A stretch of DNA of 64,000 nt from Tubulanus polymorphus (GCF_964204645.1 NC_134027.1:4992485-5056484); one strand, 5' to 3'; shown: positions 13,961 through 27,883, numbered from the stretch's first letter. The notes: generated by a model not told the origin, from the letters alone. Made by a program: numbers and translations.

Positions 13961-16178
13961 CTAATCTTTCTGTTTGAGGAATTCGGGGAAGACGTCTTCA
14001 ACAATCATCTTCTTGTTTATTTTGCCCATCGCATTACGCGGCATTTCGGGTAGTTCTTTCAGCACAGTCGGAATATGATAATGAGGCATCTTATCGGAAG
14101 CCCAAGTCTTTAGTTCATCTAAGGTTAATACAGCGTCATCGTGTAACACGACGACAGCAGCTACTCTCTGACCCCAGGTCAAATCAGGCAAACCTAAAAA
14201 TATAAACAGCACATTTTCAATGTTCGTGAAAAGCATACAATAAATCATAATATATTCATGATATTTACATCAATATAATGAAACAAATTAAGTTATATCT
14301 ATTCAGAACTCACCAACAACGCAACATTCGATAATGTCTGGGTGGGCCATAAGATGGCGCTCTACATCCAAGGCACTGATTTTGTAACCGCCGCTTTTGA
14401 TTAGGTCAACAGAAGTGCGACCAAGAATTTTATAAACACCATTGACATAGCACATAGTATCACCTGTAATTACATGCATGGAGACATGTATATTTTTTTC
14501 AAAAAAAGAGATAGCAAAACTGTGAATAAACTCACAAACCTGTTTTAAACCAGCCATCTTTTGTAAACGAAGCATTAGTTGCTTCTGGTTTATTGAAATA
14601 GCACTTAAATACACCTGGTCCTTTAACATAAAGTTCACCACTCTCTCCTTCAAATCCAGGCGTCTCCTTCGTTGATTGACTGTTTCCTTCAGCAATAACG
14701 TCATAACCGATTGGCGAATAGACATTGTGCCTCGCAAGACAGACCTCTACTCCGGGAAAGGGATTTCCAACTGCCCCTGTAAAAACATGACGCCTAACAG
14801 CTGATTCTCATTAACATCATACTGGGTAACTGTATCTAGTTTCATTTACCTGGTATTCGATCGCCTTTGAGTGGGTTTGTAAGCACCATTCCGAGTTCAG
14901 TCATTCCATATCTTTCTAACATACGATGACCAGTAATTTCTTCCCAACGCGTCATCACTGGCTCGGGTAACGCAGATGATCCACTCACCATTAATCTGCA
15001 ACGAAATAGCAAACCGCAAGAACCATTAGAAAATGTTGGATAATTTGAATTGTCGACTGACTGACTGGCCTATGAACAATCATGCATTCATACCTGATCT
15101 TAGATTTACACACAGACTTGATATGTTCCCGAGTTTGTCTCGAGCCTCGTCCTTGGCTCCAGTTTTGCGTGAAATACTGAATGAGTTTCACATAAACAGT
15201 AGGTACAGCCATAAACATATTCACGTGAACACTACTATCGTCAGTGGTTTTAATTGGTTCTATCAATTTTGTCCATACCTATTTAAAGATATTTCAACAA
15301 GAAATATAGAGTCTTATTAGAGGAAATCTATTTCTAAGGATTGGCATTCCCTATTGATTAACGAACCTTCTTGGCATCAAATTTCGGCATCATGACACAC
15401 GTAGCACCAGACATAAGCGGTGTCAGTAACAAATTGATGACACCATGAATATGATGCAATGGAAGGCAATGAAGAATGACATCTTTATGCGACCATGCCC
15501 AACTTATTCGCATCATCTGTGTTTGAGCGTGCAGATTTGCATGAGTCAATACTACACCCTGTAAGGATAGCAATAAAAAGTCAAGCCAAAGAAAACCAGG
15601 GTTTATTTGTCAATAAATCTTAACGATATCCTTACTTTTGGTTTTCCAGTAGTACCGCTTGTATATATAATCATTGCATTTCGTCGTTGAAAGAATCTTG
15701 AGTTGACTAAGCCATCTAATTTCTTTTTGAATGCATTAACTGCTACTGAATTAACAGATCTTGAGGTATCAATTATATTAGCATTATAATCTTCATTCTT
15801 CAGAACAATATAGGGAACTTTGGTATTCATTGAAATAGTTTGCGCGACATCTTCGTAATGCTCGGTTGTGATTATAAGTTTAGAATGCGAGTCTTCGACG
15901 AAATATTGAAGTTCGACGGCTGGATGCGTTCGGCATAGAGGCACGAGGGTGGCACCCGCCATCCATACAGCCCAATTACTGACAACATATGAAGAATCAT
16001 TAGGACACAGTATGGAAACACTGGCTTCATTCAAATCATAGCCATTTGCTTGACACGCATCCAGAATTTTCAATGAAAGAAGCGTGCTTCGTTCTAATAA
16101 CTGTTGATATGTGTGGGATCCGGACTCATCGATTAAAGCACAGCGCCAACGCCAGTCCTCTGCAAGTTTAAACACTGG
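13961..16178 (-). pseudogene. ACSF3: 5'-truncated duplicate of ACSF3-like gene (lacks start codon and first 50 codons)
   Basis: Exons match those of the 17773-20140 copy shifted by -3812, but exon 1 breaks at 16178 (PVFKLAEDW...) and continues into transposon sequence. The ORF-track start at 16382 is TTG, not ATG. Confidence 0.8.
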
Positions 16179-16179
16179 A

Positions 16180-16765
16180 AAAACAACGAAAAACGTCCAA
16201 TTTTCTCTAAAAGTTCGTTTTGGCGCGCCAAAACGGAGAATATTCCGTTTTGGCGCCCCCGCCAAAACAACGAAAAAAAGCGAAATTTCTCTGAAAGTTC
16301 GTTTTGGTGCGCCAAAACAAAGACAATTTCGTTTTGGCGCGGTTATTTCCGTTTTGGCGCCCCCGCCAAAACAAGCATTCAACCACAGTAAAATTATTTT
16401 TCAATTTGGCGCGTTGATCTTGTGTGTAATTTGCATAAATTTGCATATATGAAAATATTTTACGTATATATAGAATTATTTTACGTGGTTTAAAGTTCGT
16501 TTTGGCGGGGGTGCCAAAACGGAATATTCTCCGTTTTGGCGCGCCAAAACGAACTTTTAGAGAAAATTGGACGTTTTTCGTTGTTTTGGCGGGGGCGCCG
16601 AAACGAAAGTACGTTTTGGCGGGGGCGCCAAAACGGAATTTTCTTTGTTTTGGCGCGCCAAAACGAACTTTCAGAGAAAATTGGACGTTTTTTTTCGTTT
16701 TGGCGTTCTGGCGCCCTCATTTACATACCAGGAATTTTACGCTATGGCCCTTATCATCCACCATA
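16180..16765. mobile_element. Second, left-truncated copy of the foldback element produced by the tandem duplication
   Basis: Corresponds to 12368-12953 shifted by +3812; right TIR and the following TACTTT are present, left terminus is absent. Confidence 0.85.
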
Positions 16766-17772
16766 TACTTTGCATCAGGACATCATTTCTCTTTGGAAAT
16801 TGCACCAAAAAGCTGTTAACTCTCAGATTTTCTGGATGAGGACCCCAGACCCCATCCCATTTGTAGGTTATGCCCTTCTTATAAGTTGTGCTACCCCAAC
16901 AGTGGTTCCGTGGAGGAGGGTCCACAAGTATGTTCGACGCTTCGACAATTCTATCAAAAATCATTAACGTCCCTCAATCTTTGTATTCAATTAATGAATT
17001 AATTAAGCTGTTATAAGGAATATGGATTTAAGCCCGTAGCAATCTGAAGCAGCTGTCGACTCCTGCCGTCATAGTAAAAAGTGCGTAGATAAAATCTTGA
17101 AATTCATCGTCGAAGAATCGAGCCGCCATCTACCGTCAATGATTGACAATATCAAATTTCACTTAAAGATAGATTTATTTCATAATAATTTATATTCGAC
17201 ATGGAAATTGAGACGTTTATACAATGACCCGTGGTTATATGACCATACATTTAACTCAAGATGTACACAATAATTAAATAAAAATAGCGATGTAGCTTTG
17301 TTGTTATGCATGTAAATCATAATACCTGTACGTACCACATGCCCTGAGCAAGATTTCCAAATTTGTAGTACATGTACGTCAATTAAACTAGCAATCACTT
17401 TCACTAACAACGTATTGGTATAATTTCATTTAATGGCGCAGAATGCATAGCAATTCGTTCAATACGTTTAACGTTAATGCATTTAATACATATTCAGTAC
17501 GAAATGGAATCAAGTGAAAAATATTCGTAATGCTCATAAAATGATAAACCTACTTATATTCAATCTAATTAGCCTAGATATCATTCATTGGATTATAGAA
17601 AATAAACATCTAATGTTTTATCTCTCTAATTAATTTAACTGGATATCAACTACACTAACTGCACAAAGCAATATATTTATGGACAGCAACCTCAACACTG
17701 CACTCAAAATAACCAATATACTCTCATATTGTTATCAATGGAACTCTGGAGATTTATCTCTCAAAAGTGCTC

Positions 17773-20140
17773 CTAATCTTTCTGTTTGAGGAATTCGGGG
17801 AAGACGTCTTCAACAATCATCTTCTTGTTTATTTTGCCCATCGCATTACGCGGCATTTCGGGTAGTTCTTTCAGCACAGTCGGAATATGATAATGAGGCA
17901 TCTTATCGGAAGCCCAAGTCTTTAGTTCATCTAAGGTTAATACAGCGTCATCGTGTAACACGACGACAGCAGCTACTCTCTGACCCCAGGTCAAATCAGG
18001 CAAACCTAAAAATATAAACAGCACATTTTCAATGTTCGTGAAAAGCATACAATAAATCATAATATATTCATGATATTTACATCAATATAATGAAACAAAT
18101 TAAGTTATATCTATTCAGAACTCACCAACAACGCAACATTCGATAATGTCTGGGTGGGCCATAAGATGGCGCTCTACATCCAAGGCACTGATTTTGTAAC
18201 CGCCGCTTTTGATTAGGTCAACAGAAGTGCGACCAAGAATTTTATAAACACCATTGACATAGCACATAGTATCACCTGTAATTACATGCATGGAGACATG
18301 TATATTTTTTTCAAAAAAAGAGATAGCAAAACTGTGAATAAACTCACAAACCTGTTTTAAACCAGCCATCTTTTGTAAACGAAGCATTAGTTGCTTCTGG
18401 TTTATTGAAATAGCACTTAAATACACCTGGTCCTTTAACATAAAGTTCACCACTCTCTCCTTCAAATCCAGGCGTCTCCTTCGTTGATTGACTGTTTCCT
18501 TCAGCAATAACGTCATAACCGATTGGCGAATAGACATTGTGCCTCGCAAGACAGACCTCTACTCCGGGAAAGGGATTTCCAACTGCCCCTGTAAAAACAT
18601 GACGCCTAACAGCTGATTCTCATTAACATCATACTGGGTAACTGTATCTAGTTTCATTTACCTGGTATTCGATCGCCTTTGAGTGGGTTTGTAAGCACCA
18701 TTCCGAGTTCAGTCATTCCATATCTTTCTAACATACGATGACCAGTAATTTCTTCCCAACGCGTCATCACTGGCTCGGGTAACGCAGATGATCCACTCAC
18801 CATTAATCTGCAACGAAATAGCAAACCGCAAGAACCATTAGAAAATGTTGGATAATTTGAATTGTCGACTGACTGACTGGCCTATGAACAATCATGCATT
18901 CATACCTGATCTTAGATTTACACACAGACTTGATATGTTCCCGAGTTTGTCTCGAGCCTCGTCCTTGGCTCCAGTTTTGCGTGAAATACTGAATGAGTTT
19001 CACATAAACAGTAGGTACAGCCATAAACATATTCACGTGAACACTACTATCGTCAGTGGTTTTAATTGGTTCTATCAATTTTGTCCATACCTATTTAAAG
19101 ATATTTCAACAAGAAATATAGAGTCTTATTAGAGGAAATCTATTTCTAAGGATTGGCATTCCCTATTGATTAACGAACCTTCTTGGCATCAAATTTCGGC
19201 ATCATGACACACGTAGCACCAGACATAAGCGGTGTCAGTAACAAATTGATGACACCATGAATATGATGCAATGGAAGGCAATGAAGAATGACATCTTTAT
19301 GCGACCATGCCCAACTTATTCGCATCATCTGTGTTTGAGCGTGCAGATTTGCATGAGTCAATACTACACCCTGTAAGGATAGCAATAAAAAGTCAAGCCA
19401 AAGAAAACCAGGGTTTATTTGTCAATAAATCTTAACGATATCCTTACTTTTGGTTTTCCAGTAGTACCGCTTGTATATATAATCATTGCATTTCGTCGTT
19501 GAAAGAATCTTGAGTTGACTAAGCCATCTAATTTCTTTTTGAATGCATTAACTGCTACTGAATTAACAGATCTTGAGGTATCAATTATATTAGCATTATA
19601 ATCTTCATTCTTCAGAACAATATAGGGAACTTTGGTATTCATTGAAATAGTTTGCGCGACATCTTCGTAATGCTCGGTTGTGATTATAAGTTTAGAATGC
19701 GAGTCTTCGACGAAATATTGAAGTTCGACGGCTGGATGCGTTCGGCATAGAGGCACGAGGGTGGCACCCGCCATCCATACAGCCCAATTACTGACAACAT
19801 ATGAAGAATCATTAGGACACAGTATGGAAACACTGGCTTCATTCAAATCATAGCCATTTGCTTGACACGCATCCAGAATTTTCAATGAAAGAAGCGTGCT
19901 TCGTTCTAATAACTGTTGATATGTGTGGGATCCGGACTCATCGATTAAAGCACAGCGCCAACGCCAGTCCTCTGCAAGTTTAAACACTGGTAGAACGCTT
20001 CCCGATCCCGACTTACGAGACGTAATTTTTGTTATTCTCGAAAGGTTTCGTGCACCATAGCGACAATCATTAACCAGTATCTTCGTCATTGGCCTCCTCA
20101 TCAGTAAACGACCAATCATCATTGGTCGAGAACGAAACAT
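17773..20140 (-). CDS. ACSF3: Malonate--CoA ligase ACSF3-like, mitochondrial (acyl-CoA synthetase family member 3)
   Basis: Exons 20140-19448, 19370-19179, 19090-18906, 18807-18662, 18588-18352, 18275-18126, 18005-17773. Motifs: [11 protein letters not shown] (AMP-binding loop), [48 protein letters not shown]. Arg-rich, nearly acid-free N-terminus resembles a mitochondrial presequence. Confidence 0.93.
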
Positions 20141-22047
20141 TTTTCAGAAGAAGAATACAGCAGTGCGTATTGCGTAGAGTGTGTCACTTTTGTCTTTGAC
20201 TGTGTTGTGACTGTTTTGACTTGCGTCACTTGAGTTGACTGTTTATTTTAAGTTTAAGTCTGAAACCTGCCTCCCACACATTAGTAGCATGAATTAAAGC
20301 ATGACAGCCCGTTAAAAGGTGGAAAATTCGAATAGCATAACTCGAAAAGCTAAAAACAAAATTAAAAGCAAAATCGTTGTACTGTGGCTGTAATGTTTAG
20401 TGACACATTTCGCATAAAAACTCGGTGTAGGATTATCCAAAATTTCCGTATCCAATATTTATCTGTGATATGCCCGAATTACATGTTGACCGTCTAGTGC
20501 TTCCCCTATGTATAACGATAGCGGGGAAAACGTGAACTAACATAATATTTGCTTGCCAGAGTCTTTGAATGGTGATAGTGGACGAACTATTTTCCGAATT
20601 GCGGGCCGGATGCCAATTTCTCTTTTGAAGGCAGCACTGAAACTACCCAATTTTTCAATATTTCTACTATAGTATTAGTCGTAATAGAGTAAATTAGTAG
20701 AGAAAATTATGTCATATGGGTCCTTGGATCTGAGGCATGATACCACAATTAGTGATCCGTTGTTTTCAATACCATTTAACTTATCACTGGAAATTTATAA
20801 TCAACCAAAAGAAGACGCAATTAACCAATAACAAAATATATTTGAAGGTACAAATCAATTAACAACATATTCTGTGTATTTTCATCCACTACTCAATTGT
20901 GATGTGCTTGTTTTACCACCAACTGCACCTGCTACTGGTACCATACCTAAATGAAATCTTGTAAAATGGAAGCTTCCCAAAATTCCATACAACTGATACA
21001 AGTCTTAAAACAATCAATGAATGTTTTGAGAAATGACAACGGAATATATACAATGGTCGTTTTGTAATTGAAACCTAGAAACGTGAATTTGAATTACAAG
21101 TAAAATGCATTGCACTGGTGGTAGAAATATTACTACGGTATATTCGCTACAACAATTACTATTGAAGGCAACATATAACTAGATATATTGTTCAATGCAC
21201 TCCGTGAAAATAATAATTCACTGTTAAATGAATAATCTTACATGTTTCTACCCGATATATATTACATTTTTATCTAAAACCATCATTTTATCTTCACGTT
21301 GAAATGGCTTATATTCAATATTCTAACTACTTAAAAGTCAATAATAGGCCCAAAGCTACTAAACCTATTAAAATCTTTTCTAGAAAACTGCATCAGAGTT
21401 CTTGCAGAGATATCCATCTAGATTAGCTGCTATTTACATGATGCATTAATTTCAATGAGAAATTCTATACATCTCACAGACATCATTAACTCTAAACTGG
21501 AGAGGTGAATACACTCAAATTTACTGGTTTACAACTACAAACAAATAATTCAGGAGTGCATTCATTTTCTTGCCTCATAAAGGAACATCATTCAACCAGT
21601 AATCAAGTACATTTCGGTTAAACTGTCTTAATAATATTCAACAATTCTGCATAGAAATACTTTTGTTAAAAAGTGTTTTAGCATTCATCTCCGTAAGCCT
21701 ATGCTAAAATACTTATGTCACTTTCGAAAGAAAATACAACTACTGGTACAAGCACAGTCACTCACATCTTGTGTGTGCTAATATACGGAGGTGTCTCTAC
21801 ATGATTACGCACTCTGATGACAATTGCATGAACAATACGTATTTATGTGTTCAACCACCCCAAAAATACAACAAAAATAACAACATATTTAACATGCTGC
21901 ACACAGCAGTTGTGTTTGCTACTCGATGTCTTGCCGAAATTTTATGGGTTGGAGATGTTGCCACCGATGTGAACCAGAAAACCGCCAGGTTTAGGTAAGC
22001 GTACAACATGCACTGAAGCTGTTATCATTTCCAGCAGTTGAAGACTT

Positions 22048-25000
22048 TCAATCTAATTCATCAGTTGTGTATGGCAATGTATCAGATGTGAGTCCTTCTA
22101 ATGGATCAGTTAGTTGATATGCTTGTGGTGTATCCAACGTGTCGTTTACTTCAGTTGAAATATCGCCACCGATATTGAAATCCTGGTTCAAGTCGCTATC
22201 TGATGTCATATCAAATAATCCCGGCAAGTCTATAGGATTATACTGAATCAGCTCATTCCCTAAAAAACGATAGATAGAAAGCATAACATAAGCAACTTTT
22301 CTACGATTTATTCTCTTCAGCTCAGATTTTTTCAATTTGCTAAAACATCCAGTGAAAGTGAGCTACGTAAATATCCCATGTGTGAGTTTCCAGGATGGAG
22401 TGACAAATTGATTTGCTGCTGCATTCCTAACTGAAACTGCCATTGTATTATTCTATATATACCAGCTGCCTGTCAAGCAATCTTATAACCACAAATAAGG
22501 TCATCACATTGGATTGTAAAAAATTTTGGCAATCTCAGATAGGATGTGACAGCTAGATCACTCACATCTGCGCATTTCCACAGCAGGAATGGGCCCTTTT
22601 TGACAATCATAGGGATACGGTGGAGGATAGGTCCTCTGTGGGGTCATCATTGATGAAGATGCGGGTATCAGAGGAACTTGAAGGATAAAACAAATAAATC
22701 AACAGGATTAAAAACATTTCATGAGGACAGTTAAACTTCATATTTCAGAGTAATATTCTTTTTACCTATGACATTTGCTGGATTTGAACTATTTGCAGCG
22801 TTATCTGTATCTGATTTTTCACCTAAGTCACCAGCATACTGAAATAACATTCCGATAACAAATTAACCTTTTCGATTCTCATTAACGGTACATTTCTCAT
22901 TCATGTAAAAAATCTATAAAGCTTACATCAAGCGGTACATCAAATCCTCCAAATGGCACATCAGGACTAAATAACTGAAAGGTAAATCAAATGTGTTCAC
23001 TGTATGAAAACATGAAGCAAGCATTATCACATAAGGGTGTTATTTCACTTACACCAGACAAAGTGGAATTATCAATGTAGCTTGTGGATGAAAGAAGTTC
23101 TTTGAGTTGATCTAGATCTTGTTGCACTGAGTCCACATCTGTTGTTAAACCACTGCGGTAAACAGAAAATTGAACATAGTCTTAGAGACACAAAGTAAGA
23201 GACAACATAGATAATACACTTACTCAATTGATGCACGACTGTCTGAAAAAATAAACATTGTTTCAGTTCCAACAAATGACATCAGCTACTGACAATATTT
23301 TTTGCAACCAACTGTGGAGCTAAGCGGACAGGCCTGTAACATGAGGAATATGTTGGCTGGTTCATTTCTAACTGAACTTGGTTGGAACCGAAAGGGGGGT
23401 CCTCCCTCAGACAATCTGATTCTCAGGTATAGCCTACGACCAATTTCCATTGTTATGACCAAGGTTTCAGCATATTTCTTTTGAATTAGAAAAAAAACAA
23501 ACCTTTTGCAGGGGCCCTAACCCCATGCTACAGGCTTGGTGAACAAGAAGCAAATGAGAAAGCTGACAAAATCTATTTAATCGTTGTTGTAGGTCTGACT
23601 CAACATTCAAGACTTACAAATACACACATGTATAAAATAAAACCTGATTAACCCAATCTTAACTTAATTTGCACCTAGGTTTCCCACTTGTTTACCAATG
23701 AAGACCACCCAGGCTGTTATTTACACTGAACTAAGAGTTGTTGATTCATTTGATGAGCTCATCACTATGACAACAGACAAATGAGAATTAACTTCAACAC
23801 AAACAAGTATACTGATAATGGTAACATGCCCACTTAAAAAGTGGTCTGAAATGCTCAACAATCTGACAATTTCAATATTCAACGCCCAAAACAAAGGGCT
23901 AAATATGACTGCAATCAATATTCAACACAATGATGAAAATTTACATGTAACAAAAGTCTCAAAATAATAAACAACACTTATATCCTAACGTAAACCACTA
24001 TGTCAAACTCAAGAGTCACAGAGAAAGTTGAAGATTTGCCTTTCTTTTTTTTCTAAATAAATGATTTGTGCTCAGAACAGGTGAAAAATGACGAATGATG
24101 ATGGCAATTTTGATTTACCTAAAATGATTAAGATGAGAAAAATCAAATGACAATTCAGGAGGTTTTCTTCCCTTTTCACCTTTTGAAGAACTTCTAAAAG
24201 AACAAGCATTGTATGTACTTACGACAAGTGTATCTTAGTATCAGAGGGAGGGGAGAAAGGTAACAGCGGGTAGGTTACATTTACAGGAGAATGCCTTCCC
24301 CATTAATAGATTACTATTACTGTATAACGGTATGCTAAACGCATGTTAAACCGCTATTGATAAAAACTCACATTTCTGAGAAATAATCCTCATTTTCCAG
24401 GCCAGGATGTGAAGGTGATGATATTGTCTGTGTTGGTAGTAAATCTTGAGCGGATCCAGATAATTTCGATTTGCTATCAGCCAAAACCTACAAATTGAAC
24501 AGTTAAATTTTACATTTTCCAATTCATACATAATATATATTCAGATATATTTATCAGCTAAGTATAGTACCTCATTCACAAGAGCATCGGCTGACATAGT
24601 GTCTGTATTGTGTGAATCACTGCTCCCAGCCGATATGTTTAAAAGATCTGGTGATACATCAGTTACATCATGTATAACTAATCCTGTCGATGACTGAGCT
24701 TCAGTCTTAAATGACGGAGGGTTTTCACTGGCAGGCTTGAATGATAAAACAAAGCTCACTGTTCATAAACTTCCACAAGTCATAACGACAGTACATAATA
24801 TCATCTAGACCTTGTAATACGTACACTTTCAACAGTATATTCTGGTGCAGAGTTGTCTATTGATAACTGACGGTTGTACTTGGGCACTTTAGGGTTTTTA
24901 AGCTGACTCGCATCATTTATCATCAATGGTTTTTTCCGCTTCATTCCAGCCAATCCTCGATTTGAGCCACCAACCAGAGTCATCAGGAACTGTACCAACT

Positions 25001-26809
25001 GTATGAGTAAAAAAAGAAAACAATCTCCGATCATGAACTCCACAGCATTTAAGAAGACATGATTTTGATACAAATAATCGACAATTCATGTACCTTATTA
25101 ACAATCTGTTGTTGTTTCATGTGTTTAGTTCGTAGTGATGCGACTTCACGCCACAAAGCTTCATTTTGCCTAGAAAACAGGCAGAGAAATGAATTTGAAC
25201 CATCAGTTATCATGAACATATTATCTAGTCCCATGAAGTTTGCTGTAACGAGGTTCCAACGTATCAAGTTAAGGATGATATATCAAAGATGAAAAATTTG
25301 ATAAATACCTCTTAAGGGCATCCAATTTAGAGTTCATATGATCTTGGCGACCCTGTAACTGATTTACATCCACTAGAACTTTGGACATGCTGTCATCTTG
25401 TTTCAAAACTTTAGCCTCTTCTTTATTCGTTGGCACCTGTACAAACAACCCACAGTAGAATAACCAAATTGTTGAAAGATTTAGAATAAATTTCAGTATT
25501 TTCTGGAGGCATTCTAAGAACGAAGATGTCTTCACCTTTCTTTTAATGAATTCAAGCATTCCTTCCTCGCCTCTTATGAAGAATGGATGCTGGAATTGCA
25601 TGTCATCTTTTTCATATTTCAATCCACCTTGATCAATTGTCATTACCTTGCGAAAACCATCTAAAAATTGAATTTCAGATGGTTTTGGTTAACAAAATAT
25701 GTAAAAAGATCAGAAGCTTCCTAACCAGGAGAGACTTCTCAAAAGGTAAATTCAACTCACACATATTAAGCTGTCGAATAAAGCTAGCTATATTACTGTG
25801 CTTGAAGTACAGTGGTAATATCTCTTTCGCGAACCGAGCTTGATCCAAAACATGGAAGGTCTTTCCAGTCTAAAACAAATCGAAAAAGAATGAAACCTTA
25901 TATCATGAAAAAACTGAGAAAAAATGATTTATAATCAATGCCCATCACTTGAATATTTGGGAAAATATATCAAATCCACAGCCAGGTGGGTTACTGTATG
26001 TTATACACGCTCTCTGTGCCAGGTTTCATTCTGTAATTTTGTTAATCGGTTGATCTAGCTAGGCTACACAATGATTTTTTCGAAAGTTGTTTTTTCCATT
26101 AATTGGCGATAGTTTACTCCGCAAATGCTCACGACGTAATCAACTAAAGCATCACATAGGTGGCGCCACGTTTCAAGCCGTGGGAGCCATTTTTTAGCAT
26201 TAAGTCAGCATTTTCTAGGTAAACAATCGCTGTAATTGAAAACACAAACATGTTTATGCCAATTCATAATTTATCTCTGAATGCAAAATCTTATCAAACA
26301 AATTGATGCATAATAAAGGTAGATCAATTAGTAACAAAATCAGGGATTAAAACGCTGCATGGAGAGCATGGGTGGTGACAGACAACTTGAGTAATTGACA
26401 GTAGTATCCTTAGTCTTACCATGACATCGTCATCATCGTATCAATAATAACCAGGGGACTGGAGGCCTGATAACGATTGACGGGCACACTTGGTGATAGT
26501 ATGTAAATAGGGCATAAATACAGCAGTCAGGGGAGAGTAGAAATAAAAAAAGGAGTAGCAGAACTAAAAGAAAATGTGTTGACGGATCGGGATGGGGGTT
26601 AGTAAGTATTTGTTATTGAGTTGACAGGATTGTACCACTAGCACTGCCGCCGGGTTACTTACGGTATCCCAACAAATTAGGTCATCATATTCTGGATCTT
26701 CGACAAGCGTCCATAGTTTCGTTAGAAAAGCAGGCACCGTATTGCTCCCCATCGTCATACCAGCAGCGGTCGCTAAATTAACTGCCAAGTGGTGATTGTT
26801 TACTTGCAT
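22048..26809 (-). CDS. HSF1: Heat shock transcription factor (HSF1-like)
   Basis: Exons 26809-26663, 25869-25761, 25660-25536 (DNA-binding domain: [44 protein letters not shown]), 25436-25309, 25169-25094 and 24998-24825 (HR-A/B: [30 protein letters not shown]), 24735-24571, 24487-24372, HR-C exon ~23154-23053 ([15 protein letters not shown]), small exons near 22975-22927 and 22839-22767, last exon ~22259-22048 (GNELIQY). Exon set between ~23200 and 24300 is uncertain; start could also be 26833 or 26758. Confidence 0.93.
23329..23538. mobile_element. Degenerate MITE in HSF intron
   Basis: Ends CAGGCCTGTAAC ... GCTACAGGCTTG are imperfect inverted repeats; no TSD seen. Confidence 0.4.
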
Positions 26810-27293
26810 TGTTATTACGCGCAGCGAGAGCATGCAAGATGTCTTCACTTCCTGGTTATTCGTTCACAGAGAAATGGGTAGCTCCGACAATATCCACATC
26901 AGGGCATCCATATCGCGGCAGCGCTCTCACCTAAAATCGGATAATGTATCGGTAGACTCGGTACACTGGCAGGCCGCGAATCCGATTGGATATCGGGGAA
27001 TTGTTGAATTAAATCGCTAAAACGCTATATCAACCTCGTTATTCGACGAAGTTATCGTTTCAATAAAAATTAGTATTTCGGAGCTTTTCAGGCGCAAAAT
27101 GGTAGTCCGGCCTCAGTCTCTCCACTCGCACGCCGAACTGACCCGTAAAATCGTGTGCCCGGCGACGTTGTGACCTAGACCCGAATAGACCTAGGCCTAA
27201 TGTAGACTTCAGGAAGTCATCACCTTAATCCCGGCCCGAAAGACTCAGAATATCCAAATGGGGGCAGTAGTCACCCGGGAGACTCTGCGCTCG

Positions 27294-27335
27294 CATGGGA
27301 GACTTCGGATCGAGCGACATCCGAAGTCTCCCATG
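27294..27335. repeat. Perfect 17-bp stem hairpin upstream of HSF
   Basis: CATGGGAGACTTCGGAT-cgagcgac-ATCCGAAGTCTCCCATG. Confidence 0.85.
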
Positions 27336-27883
27336 TAGAGAAGACTACATCTAAGCGAGGGCCATTTCCGAAATGGCGCTGGCTGATGGTGCAGCCATTT
27401 GGTACACCCCAAATTTCAAATTAACAAAATTGTGATGAAACATGACGGAAAACTAAACATTCAAGCTCGCACTGTGCGTCATCACCAGACCAGAATGTCA
27501 GGATAGCTGGGCCGTTACCCAGCTGATTGACCATCCTTAGCGCACCGAGTTGTGGTTCAAGTCGGAAGAAACTAAATAGACACAACGTTATTTCAAACTT
27601 AAACTATATAGTGTAACTTTTATTTCATTCTTTTAGACACATGTTTACAATACGATATCAGCACGGAATTTACCACTGTGGATCCAGTCTTATATACTGC
27701 CGCTGGAGCCAGTCTTTCTCGTATACCGCCGTATAACAACCGGTACCGTGTTTTACGTTTTACCCAACTGCGTAGGCCCTATTTCATCTCAATAAGCAAA
27801 CAATACCGAATTAATTTTTTTATAAATGAGTTCGGTGATTTTGTTAAAACACTTTCCCAATTTTCAAACAATTCGTTAACTTA

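Larger units (their letters stand above)
12368..19990. repeat. Tandem segmental duplication, period 3812 bp (12368-16178 and 16180-19990)
   Basis: Every ORF in the track recurs at +3812 with identical translation (e.g. 12395/16207, 13961/17773, 15358/19170). Junction at 16178/16180 joins ACSF3 exon 1 sequence to the interior of the foldback element. Confidence 0.95.
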
